Below, in pieces: positions 24,128 to 35,400 of a stretch of 64,000 nt of DNA. Made by a program: the position numbers and the translations under genes. Source of the stretch: Raillietiella orientalis (lineage: Eukaryota); assembly GCA_036172245.1 (NCBI GenBank), contig JAYWIR010000083.1, positions 186,001-250,000 of the forward strand. The letters are read 5' to 3'. The notes under the pieces are model-generated. The model ran no database searches, had not been told where the DNA came from, and saw only the letters and a list, made by a program, of their open reading frames with translations. How positions within the stretch are numbered: the first letter of the stretch is position 1; the number at the start of each line of letters is the position of its first letter.

Positions 24128-25206
24128 TTTTGCGATGACGGAGTGCGCCGCCGTGCCGCGATGCACTTGCGTCACCCCCATGGAAGCTGGCTGCGACGCC
24201 GACGACTTCGTGCCGAGGATGGGGTTGCGATCGTGGCTGGCGGTGCTCCTGCCCGTTTCACACGAGTCTCCCTCGCCTTCGTCCCCTGCTCTTCGGTGAG
24301 ACGGAAGAGTCGCGTGCCTGCCCGAAAGAGTAAGCGAGAAGCGCTCCCTAAATCCCGTTTTCTCCAGATTTTCCCCGCTCTCCTCCTCCGCTCCCGCATT
24401 CCCGTTCTCGGCTGCTCCTCGGTCAGATCGGAGGAGGGAACACGGAAATCTCGAATGCGCTGTTGCTAGGAGAGCAGGTTGGGCGGGCGAAAGGGTCGGT
24501 TTTCCGGGAATGCGAGCAGCCCGCGCCTCCCTCCCCTCCCATTGCTGAAGACGCCTTTGCAGTCGGTTCCTTACGACGGGCTGAAGAACGCGTCACTGCT
24601 CGCGCCTATCAACCCGGAAGAGGCCGCTGCTCGAAGACCCGGGGATTTCCCGGTGCGACTTCCCTGGATCCTGTGGGAAGAGCATCAGAACGGATTCCGC
24701 TTCGCCTCTGACCCTCGCCGTTTCCAAGGCGATCTTTCCTCCCATTTGGCTGTGCTGCGGCCTGTTTTCGTTGACCGGGCCGTGGCACGGCGTGCGTGGA
24801 AGCAAAAACCACACGTGTCCACGCGGACGGCCAGTACGGAGGTCTTCCGGTCTCGTGCGCAGTTTCCTGTGCTCCGTCGGGGAGGAAAAGGTGGTTTCCT
24901 TCCGCCCAACTTCCCGCGGAAGAGCGGCTTCCGGTCGGCGGCCGCAAGGTTGGAGGAGACCCTCCCGACGCAAGTGATGGCCGCAAAAGATGGCAGTCGT
25001 GTCGCGCGGAGGCTGTAGCATGTCCCGCGCGGTTGCCGCGACGAATCCATGGAGACGACCTAAAGAGACAGGAATTCTCCTGCAGCCCCTCGAGAGAAGT
25101 CCGCTTGCAAGAACCGCGAACGCCCTCCTCGGCAGAGACGACGGCTCCAGGGCTGCCGGATGAGGCGGCACGCCCTTGCAGCCCCACGGGAAGTGCGCCA
25201 CTTCGG

Positions 25207-26449
25207 ATGCAGGCGAGGTCGGTCCGGCTTCCGCCAAGACGTGGCGTTCGCGACGCACGGAGTGTGCCGGGAGCGCGCTGCCCTTTGGCTCAAAAGAACG
25301 ATAACGCTCATCCGGGGTGGCCGCGTTGGTGGCCGCGGCCACCCTGGATTTTCCGCCTGAAGGCTGGGGATGCCGTGGAAGAGTGAAAGGGGATTTCCCA
25401 AAGACGCTTCCTCGAGCGCTCGACTCTCCGACTATTCCCTCGCAATTCTGCCTTTTTGTCCGCCCCGTCCTTCGCGGCTGGGGCTGGTGAAGTCCTGCTG
25501 TTGGGTTCACTCGAGTCTCGTTCCGCGCGACGACACGCCCTGCGAGGGCAGAGAGCGGGCAGATCTCCTGGCGACCGTCCCGGGATGTCTGCCCTAGGCG
25601 ACTGCTGCCCCAGCGACTCCTCCTCGTCCTCGTCCTCCTCCTCCTCCTTCGTGCTCGCTGGCGGCAGAAATGAACGTCTTGCTCCACGAGCGGATGATAA
25701 AGACTTCTCTTGCCTTCCAGGATTTCAACGGGGAGCAGATGCGGGCAAGCATATGCGTCTCCATGGTGTTGTGCCACGTCTTACAGGTGAGTCGAGCGGC
25801 AGCGGTCCTCTCTTCCCCTTGCTTTTCGTCCCGGCGCCCGTGGGGGGGGGATGCAAGGGTGTCAAGCTCCCCCCGGCGGCCATGTCCTTCTCCGTGCTCC
25901 CGGGTGTGTCCTTGCGCTGGGAGGCAGAACAAGCCTCATCTTCGAAGGTACGCCTTCGGACTGCATGCCGGGAGCGCAAGCGGAGGGAAAGGTCGGCCGA
26001 CCGCGCGAGAGCGCGCGCTGCTGGACTGGACGGCAAGCGGCGGGTTGGAACGAAGACGTCGTGTGCGGCAGCTCGCAATTCGCGCTTCCTGCTCCACCAG
26101 GACGCCTCGTTCCCACCTGAGAACCTGAGCGGCTACGCCTCGTTCCAGCGAGAATCCGAGCCCTGAGACCCCCTCGCGAACAGCCGGCTTCCCTGCGGCG
26201 CCGTGGGGGCGGCGCAGCAATGCAGGCGTCGGTGTTCGCCGCGGCGCTGCTGCCGTCAGAAGGGGGCCCGGAACTGGCGTTCACGACGCGCCGAGTGTGC
26301 CGCTAGAGCGCTGCCTTTTTGCCCAAGAGAACGATAACTCAGCTCTGATGGTTGGGGGCCGCGATCACCCCTGATTTTCCGCGTAAAAGGCTGGGTATGC
26401 TCCGGAGGAGCGGAAAGAGGTTTCCAGAAGACGCTTGCTCAAACACTCG
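25207..26449 (+). repeat. Pair of diverged direct repeats (about 25207-25422 and 26220-26449) flanking GPCR coding exon 1
   Basis: Shared collinear blocks ATGCAGGCG, TGGCGTTC.CGACGC, GAGTGTGCCG, GCGCTGCC, AGAACGATAAC, GATTTTCCGC, AAGGCTGGG, AAGACGCTT. Confidence 0.8.
25739..25786 (+). CDS. GPCR coding exon 1 (signal peptide MRASICVSMVLCHVLQ)
   Basis: Acceptor ttctcttgccttccAG ends at 25720; ATG at 25739; hydrophobic 16 aa; strong donor CAG|GTGAGT; phase 0 fits exon 2. Confidence 0.75.
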
Positions 26450-29400
26450 CGAAAGAAGCACGATTGTCCCGTGCCTCCCATCTCTTTTTAAGGCAGGGGT
26501 ATCGCAGATGGACTGGAAGAAGACCCGCTGGGAACGACGCGTTGGGCGACATGGGACTCGTGTGCAGACAAGCCAGAATGTTCTTCGCGAGAGCTTCGCC
26601 TCAGCAGCATGAAGCGAGAGACTCCGACAAGGAAGTGGCTGTTGAAACTCCCTGTCGGCCATAGGATCATAGTGGTCGCCATAGGGAACCTCGCTCACCA
26701 CCTACACTCGGAGGAACTGAAGGAAATGACGTTTAGGGATGCCCTCTCTGTACGCTGCACGCCGCGAAGAAGTTTGTAGTCTGGAAGCTGGAAAAGCATC
26801 GCGTGAAGATACTGGAGAATATGCGGAGGCAGCGTGGCCACGGCTGCCAGATCCTGGAAGCGGCTTACCACCAGGCACCCGCCCGGAACACTTTTCGCGT
26901 GATGGATTCGCTCCCACAGCCCAAGTGGTTCCCTGAAATCTTCAGAGAGCGCACTCTTCTGGCTGCAACGGAGCATGAAATCGCTTCCGACCTGCGCGCA
27001 GGTGGACTCTTGAAACGCCATCAAAGCCTTTCTCAGGGCGTCGTATTTCTTCCTTTTCCCCTTAATGCCGAAGGAGGAGACCTGCACCTCTCCTCAGCAC
27101 AACTTCCCAAGCGAACGCTTCATCCAGTTGGCTCAGAGAAGTGGAGCGCGAAGAGCGAGGAAGAAGAGGCATCGTTCTTCTCGCGGGAAAGAAATCGCGA
27201 AAGATCCCGAGGCTACCCAAGAAGATACTGCAGAATTCGGGAAGGCTACCTACCCGTACGTTTCCGCGTTTTCGGTTTCCTCCCCATCCAGGACGCCATA
27301 AGCGTTGGTATTCTTCCCTAAGACACACTCGGGTGGCGCTGCTGGTCGACTTCTCTTTCGCGATGCGTTCTCTCATGCGCCATCATTCTCCGTGGAATTG
27401 CCATACAACGGTCCACACCCTTGCGACCACGAGGAACCATACTACAGTCCAGCGGACTTTGTCAGGTTTGTCAAGACCCTCACGATGCATCCACCTACGG
27501 GGGTTCTTGCCGAGAGCTTTCACTCCAGGATGGTCGCCCAGAAACCGTACTGCTTCAGAATTCTGGGACGAAACAGGAAGAGGAATGCGTTTCCTCCTGG
27601 TTTCCGGGCCTCCATCTTGTAAAGACGAAGTCAGGCAACACGTCGCGTTTCACGCCTTAACGTTTCGAGAGTTCAAAGCCCTAGGGCGGTTTCGGGACGC
27701 CTTTGAGTAGCGGTTCCCGATACTCAAAGAATCACGTGGGCGGATCGGGCTCTCCTCCGCAGCCCGAGAAAGGGGGGAAGGGACGTCAGCCTCGAAGTGG
27801 ATTCTCGCGAACGTTCCGTGAATCATCCTCTTCAGACACTCTGCATGTGGTGCCGCCAGGGGTGCTGCGATCGATCGGAGCAGCTTGCAGCACAAGAAGG
27901 TTGCGGTACTAAGGACTTAGTTCCTTTCCCTGAAGACCACTTGCCGAGCACCGGGCGTGCCACGTCCGTTACGTGCACTGAGTGACAGAACTCACGTGCT
28001 GCGTTTCCTCTTGAGAATCTGCATCCTTATGGAGATGACCTCCTACTCCCCGGCAGATCTCTCTGCCTCTGCTGTTCCCGGAGGCGGCGGCGCGAGCAGT
28101 GCTGCCCTCTCTGGACCATCGTCGTCTCGCCCCGGAAAAAATCTCGTCGGAAAATAACCCTTCCTCGCGGCTTCGCGAAGCACCCGCTGGCGCCCCGTCG
28201 AGATGCAGGGCCGCTCGGGCGATTCTCCGGCAGCCGACAAACCGGGCGAGCGAAATGGAACTTTCGCTGCCCAGCAGCAGCAACCCTTTCGCGAGGCGGA
28301 AGGGAGCTCTGTTGCCGGAAATGCGTCGCTCAAGAGACGATCGTAGGAAACGCACCGGCTAAAGAGCGCGGCGCATGGGTTGGCGGCGGCGGAGGCCAAT
28401 CGTGCGGAAGAAGCCCTTGCATTTATCCGTTGCTTGTGCGCGAATGGGTGGGGAAGGCACGTGCAGCCAAGACTGGGGAAGGAGAGCCATCCTGACGGCA
28501 AGGTCGAGGTGTGATAACTGGATGCAGGTGTGTGCGCACCAGGCGGCACGCGGATCACGTGGCGCGCGCGGGCGCGTGCCTTCTTGCACTCCGCGGCTGC
28601 CAGTCCAGCTGCGCAGACCTCCCTCTCCTCCTCCTCGTGCCGTGGCAAGAAATTCCGGTCGGTGGCGTGGGAGGCGTTCCTTGAAGCAGCCAGCTCGCGT
28701 CGGCGCCTGTGCGGCTACGCTTCTACGGCAAGTGTTGTGGGTGCAAATCACCACGTGGAAGATCGACGCCGAGAAATGGGGGTGCATCGTGGGTTCCTAT
28801 TCCTCCCCGCGAGGTGACGCTGGTTGGCAGATTCGGGTGCGGCAGCGGAAGAAATTGGCCAAGAAGGAGACAGCCTTCGAGTGCACTCTCGCGGTGCAAA
28901 AGAGAGCAGCTCTATAAATACAGTCTGCGTCATTGTCGGAGGCCATGTGGCTGTGGTCTCCGACCGTGGTACCGAGCGTTGCGGATTCGAATCCCGCCCA
29001 GGGAAGGACCGACGCTGAGAAATGGGTGGGTGCATCGTGGGTTCCAAGTTCCCTCGCAGGGTGCCACCAGGTGGTCTACAAACCTCGGGTGCAGCACTGG
29101 CGGAAACGGACGCCCCCGTTGACTGGCCGGGATTGGAAATTGAACCCCTAAGAGCTTGATCCCCGGAAGGACCCCGTAGAGTCACCTTTTCAACTTTCGG
29201 GAATCAAGCTCTTCGGAGTTCCTCTCCGGTTGTGAAAACAGAGCTGTCTTACCCCTCGGAGGGAGACCCTCCATCACATGTCATGGAGGAGCGGGTTGTG
29301 ATGGCCCCCCTCTAGTGGTTGCCTAAGCAGCTGCCCGCTGCTCCCTCCGTAGAACGCTCCTCACAGAAAATGGGAAGAGTCCCTTCGGTGTTCTCTTCAG

Positions 29401-32400
29401 AGGAGGAAACAAGGCGCACGTCCTTTCCCTAGGGGTCCCTCTGGAGAAGACATGAGGAGTGCTTCCGAAGAGAATAAGAGGCTCCCATCGGGTTCCCTAC
29501 TAAGCCCAAGAGGAACAGACTCCTTCCTTCGGAGTCCTTCCTGGATTCACAGGGCGCCCCTTCCGGGGTCACCTCGAGTGGAGTGGACAGTGGTGAAGAG
29601 TTTCTTGAGCCTCCCCATAAGGAGGCGAACGGTTCCTCGGCACTCAGCGAAGCAGTCGGAGCTTTGTTTTCCCCCTTGGCGCGTATCCTCTGCGGTCCAG
29701 AGGGATCGTGCATGCAACGAGGGATTCGAGCTACGTGTTGTCAACTCTGCCGCACGCTCTTCGCCCCACCCCACCCCCACCTCCACGCCTCGCTGCCGTT
29801 TCTCGGAAACGTCTCACCGGACATTCCTGTCCACCGGTTTCCAGATCGCTAGCAACCACGAGGTGCAGCTTTGCAGATCGCGGAACAATTTGCTCAACCC
29901 TTACCAGTTCAGACTGGACTCCTGTGCGCTGTGCTACTGGTACGTCCCCAACATCCCCAACATGTTCACGAAGAAGTGGAACCTCACCCACGAGGTCCAG
30001 TCGAATGGCTACTACCTGCAAGAAGTGTCCTTCCTGACGAACGGGTCGCACCAGGTACGTCGGAGGGCTGGCAGGGAGGCATCGGAAGTCGCACGAGCGG
30101 GGGAGCTCGGGGAAAGGGGAGGGGGAAGCGGCAGTCTCAGCAGGGATTTGCGCTGGTGCTCCCGCGATGCGGCTGACCACAGATTTTCTTTGCCGCTCGG
30201 TCGCTCATCGCCCGCGCGAACACCTGGCGCAAACACTGAGACGCAGCTTACGGGAGTCGCCGGTGCTTCCTCGTGACCGCGCTTTTCTAGCTTCCGGGGT
30301 TCTTCCGGCCTTCCACTTCTTTTCCATCTTCACTCGGCTCCCTGCGTCCTCCTCCTTCCCTAGAACGTGCAGGTGGCAGCTTTCTTATCTAACTTCCCGT
30401 CCTCGCGGCTCGTTGCACCGTTCTCCGCTTCGTCGTCGGAACCGCAGCTGCCTCTGGGCATGCGGGAGTCTCCTGCCCCGGCAGGGAACTGCTCTTATCA
30501 TGCTTCCACCTCTGTGAGCGTTCGTCTTGCGTTCTTGCGGAAGGATCCTCTCTGCTTTCGCGCTTGCAGCTCCTTCAACTGCGCCGCTTCAGAGCGCCAA
30601 AACGCGAGACAGGGCGCGGGGGGCTACGACCACCACCTGCTCCTCCCCCTGATCTTCCTCTTCCAGACCTGGGCCAACTCGTCCGACATGAACAGCCCTC
30701 TGGTGGCGTCCTTCGGGACGAGAAAGGCCCAGAGGCTGTGGAACGACTGCTGCAAGAGTGCCGTCGACTGCTGCAGGAAGATGATGAAGACACGGAACGT
30801 CTCGTGTGAGTGCAAGACCTCGTCCTGTCTTCTCAGGGGTGGAGGGAACGTCGGTCGCCGGTCCGATCCGTGCCTTCGGGAGCGCGCGCGCGTCCGATGG
30901 ACGCGTTCCCGGCGGGGCTCGAGGCAGTTGCGGGCTGTTTGCGGGGTGGCCACGCGCCGGGTCAGCAGGAAGCGTTCCGCCTGACGGCGCTCGCGTTCTG
31001 TCCCGGTGGTTTTGCTTTTTACCTGACCGTGCGTGCAGTCATCCCGGCGTCCTGGATGCGTCGCCATTAGGAAGATGGGAAAGTCCGTTTGATTTATGGT
31101 GTGTTGTGATCCTCCTCAAGTCCTCGCGGTTTCGAGCAGCGCATCGCACGCGCGATGCGCTGTTTGTATCTCGGGGAATATAAATTGTGCCTCTCGTACG
31201 ATGAGGCCAAGCGGCGTGCGTTTTGTGTTAACAGCCACTTTTTCTAATGAGACAGCGAGGCCCTTGAATGGCTGGGGGAAGCTTTCCCTGCCTTTCCCGC
31301 TCTCTCCCGGAGGGAAAAAAAAAAAAAAAAAGTAATAATAATGATAAAAACGAGAGAAGAGCGCCGTTTCCATGAGGTAAAGGAAACACGAAGGTTCCCC
31401 ATTGCCTGGGCGCATCTTCCCGAGCTCCGAGTAGCAGATAAAGTTATCGCAAGGCCATTACCCGCGATGATAAATGGAGCGCTATCAGAAAAACAAATTT
31501 AATTTTAATAAAGCGTTCGATTGCAGTGCCGCAGAGCAGCGGCACAGTGGACCCCTCGGTTCCCATGGAAGCGGAGAGGCTGCCTCTCGACGAGGCAGGG
31601 CAGTTGTCGGGCAGGCACCCTCCTGAATGCAAGAACAGAGGGCCGGGCTTCCTTCCAGCCCTTCCCACCGTGCCCGTCGATCGAATCGAAGGCACGGGGG
31701 CAGCATGCGTTTATTGAAAGTCGTTCCTCTGAATCGCGTCGGGTGCCGCCACTGTCTTCTTTTTCTTTGCTCTCTCTCCCTTGTGGGCGCTTTAGGGAAA
31801 GTAAACGGCTCCTGTTGTTGGGGAAGTCACCGCGCTGCAGCTGCCAGAAGCTGCTGCTGCCTGTTGTGTTCCACCTTGGCAGCTTCCTTTCGCAGTAACA
31901 CACCGGACGATAAAATCGATACCGAGCACAAACACGTTTTTTTTTTTTTTTTTTCTTCCCTGCATCTGTTTTGACAAAAGCAAACGAGGTGAAGAAACCA
32001 CATGGAATGGGAAGGAAATGGCGGCAGCCCCATTTCCGAAAACCAGGCCCTTTCTCTGAACGCTTCGAGATCTTCCGCACTCGTTCCTTGGGCTGGGAGT
32101 AGTCGCCAGGCAAAACGCGTTAGGGCTCGTAACGACGGGCGTAGCCCGAACCCCCCCCCCCGTATATTGGCAGCGTTCTGCCAAATGCCTTGTTTTTCTT
32201 TGTTTTTACCAGAGAGGGGGAGAGAGGGGAAAAGAAGAAAAGCACTTGACACAATGCAGATTTTTTCTTCTTCTGCTGTGTCCCCTTCATGGGATCCAGT
32301 CACGTGGGTGATTGATGCCGGAATGCGCCAGGAGGACTGCTCGAGCGCCCTGCGTAGCCGAAACCACGCCCGTTCCCCCAGGTTTCCCCGTATCATGCGC

Positions 32401-35400
32401 TGCCGGCACAGGAGGCGTGTGCAGGGAGGGAACTCACGTACCGCCTATTAGGCGCTCGACACCTTCCAAGTTCCATGGACGTTCGCCGGGCGCCGACCGT
32501 TCCTGGCGTCGGCGCCCGGCCTGGGGCACGCGGTTTCGGATGGCGCTGTTGGGACCGCAGGCCCGCCAAGCCCCAAAAAACGCGTGTCGACAGAACTGCT
32601 GTAGCCGAAGCGTGGGTTTTTTCTGCATCTTCGGAAGTCGTCCCCCTTTCCCGGTGCCGTGATTCCCGATCGCCAGAACGTCGTCGTGATGCGCGGCTGC
32701 GCTTTCCTTTGCAAGCCGCGCTCGCGTCGGCGGGCCAAAGCTGCGCGCGTAGTGCCGTGAGTGCCATCTTGAACCGCAGCGTCCGCCCTGCAGGAAACGG
32801 AACGGCCGTCTGTCGATGCCCCGTGGTTTCCTCTTCCCCACCTCAGAATCTGGACCTTGATTTTAACACGAAAATGAGCAGCATTTGTATGTTTTTCTTT
32901 TTTTACCACCTGTGTGCGTTTTCATCCCCTAGGCGTCTTTGCGCGCGGATGTCAGCTGTCACACAGGCAATCTGACCTTGCGATGCCCGGCAAGGCGTCT
33001 CCAAAGACCGATGTGACGGTGGACTGCCATAGTGGCAGCTGACAGAACTCCAGTTGTGGCTTCTGGCATTCGTGCCTCTTGCCCCGAGACCGAACGGTCG
33101 CGCAGGCGCCGCTCGGCAGCCGGAAGGCATTCTCATCTCTTCCCAGCTCCTATCGGCAGTTAGGATGGCCGCTCTGTTCGCGCCTTCTCGGGAATTTCCG
33201 CATGTTGGGTAGAGTTGTAACTAGAGGATTCCCTCGGTCCGCCGCAACCCCCGGCAGCAATCTGACGATCGACGGCGCCAACCGAGCATGTTGTCAGGTT
33301 TCTCACGATTTCGGATCCCGCAGCGCCTCCGCCTCCCGCTTTTCTCTCCCATAGGCGCGCGTCTCTCGAGGACGTGCGCCAGCTGCTCCCCGGCCGTGGG
33401 TCGTTCTCACCCCATCGGAGGTCGTGCAGTCCCGGCTATTACGCAGTGTGAGCGCTGGCGCTTCTAAGCTTTCACAACCCCTTTTGCTTTCGGTTATCCC
33501 AACGCTCCCCCTCCCCCTTTTCTTCTTCCGTCGTGCCATCCCGTTGCCCGTCACGCTTTCGCAGTGCGCACTGTACGGCACACCGCGCGGCGTCCGCAAA
33601 AGAAAGAGGAAGAAGGGGACTTCTTAGAGGACGCTTTGGGAACTGTCGTGTGTGGCGAGACCGCGATGCGCGGTATATGAGTGAGAAGGAGCGGACGCAC
33701 CGCCAGCACCAGCGGGGGCCATCTTCCGCGTCTGTGGTGCCACCCGGCGGAACCCAGTCGAATCGGACCTTTCCTCCGAGCCCTCCTGCCCGGCCGAGTG
33801 CCTCCGTTGACAGCGAGGGAATCCGTCGCCCCGGAAACCTCGTCGCTAGAGCGCCTTCGCTCGCTTCACCTCGTTCCGTCTGGGAGCTCTCCCTGTCTCG
33901 GGATGCGTGATTCTGGGAACCGCGTGGCGATCGCGCTGCGTGGTTAGGATGCGTGCGACGTGGCCGTGAAGATCGCGAAGGGAAGCTTTAGAAGCGGCAG
34001 ACGCTGCGATCCTCAAGCGAGCTCGAATCTCCTCTGGTGCGTCTTGATGGACGGTTCGCAGAGGGGCGAAAAAGAGGGAAGAGTAAGAGGGAGTGAGCCG
34101 GAACAGTGTGTTCGTCTGAAGGGGGAGGTTGCCTACGTGAGTAATAGGCAGCTTTCCGATCTGGGTCGCTGAAGGGGACCCTGCCGCGCGAGCTTGCCTC
34201 GCGTACGCTGAGGGACAGGGAAGGTACGAGGGCGGGGCGCTTTCGCGCCGGCTCCACTTCCGCCAGGGCAGCCGCGTGAAAGCGAACGCACGGCGCGCGC
34301 TCCGTCCTCGTCGCGTTACGTCTGCCTCGCGGAGCCAACCGGCAGACGACGACCGGACCTCCTATTTGTCTTCCATCTCTCAGCGCTCCCTGTTTGGGAT
34401 CTCTCTGCATAGGAAATGATTCGTTTGCTCTGCTGCTGAGCGGATGGTTCGCCCGTTGCTGTGGCAGGGTCCTGTCGTCATGACGGCTCGATCAGCTTCC
34501 GGAGGAAAAACTCGCGCTGCCCCGTGTGTCGGAGTAATCCCTCTGCCCGTTGGTTTTCCCGGCGCTGCGTTTACCGGCTTTCCTTGCTCGCTTTCGCGGG
34601 ATGATCTTCCTGTTGCGCGCATCGTGCCTCACCAATTGCGCGCGCCGGGAAGGGCCGTTTCCAGTTCACGAGGTCGATCGTCCTTGAAGGAGAGGGAAAA
34701 ACGATGCTCCGCGTTCGTCCGAGCGAACGCAAACGCATCACTTCGAGGGAACGTCCATTTTTGGAAATTCGGATGGCACGCTGCGCGTTGCTCGCGGTTT
34801 CCAAGTATCCGTGCGTGCTCCTGGCTTGTCTTGTCATTCCCTCTTGGGCGGCATGGAGCGTCGTCGTGTCGCTCCGCGCGTCCCCGCTTCGAAGGCATAG
34901 TTGCAAGCGCGTTCCGCAGACAGCTGGTCACATGGTGACCAGCTGCGTTCTTTCGTGGATACCCCCCTTTTCGGATTTTTCCACCTCACGGGGAGGCTCT
35001 CATCCACTCGATGAGCGCGCGCTGACGCAAGCCTACGGTGGGCAGTGCGTCCCGGACGGCGACGTGCTCTCCCGGAGAGGGGAAGCACGCGCCACCGCCC
35101 GGTGATCAGGCAAGCCGCTCGCTTCGGGCCCGGGCCGTGAGTCTCAGGCGACATCGCCGCGTGGCTCTTCGGCGGTTTCCTGGCTCTCGGGCCCGGCCGT
35201 TTCCGCGGGGCACGGGCGGTCGTCGCCAAACCTTCGAGGGCACGCGGGGCCTCACACTTGGGCCTCGTCGTGCGGCCCGTGTTTTCGAGAGGGGGGAAGG
35301 GAAGAAGAGGCGCCTCGGAGAAGACACGCGTCGTTTGTTGTTGTTGTTGCTGTTTGTTTGTTTTGTCTTGGAAGGAGGAGTGGGTCGGCAGCTTTCGGGG

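Larger units (their letters stand above)
20400..26300. promoter_or_regulatory. CpG-rich island-like block containing the presumed GPCR promoter and 5' end
   Basis: Very GC-rich with many CGCG runs, contrasting with CpG-poor 16.7-19 kb; lies at and upstream of the first coding exon; contains two TGACGTCA sites. Confidence 0.5.

Noticed and set aside
24593..25777. Longest ORF in the track (394 aa, minus strand) and similar 200-270 aa ORFs
   Set aside because: Arg/Pro/Ser/Ala-rich with no domain motif or codon bias; expected by chance in very GC-rich DNA; overlaps the GPCR exon 1 antisense.
28938..29005. Possible tRNA gene
   Set aside because: Has a B box but no convincing cloverleaf, and continues into a repeated body and tail, so it is better explained as a SINE head.
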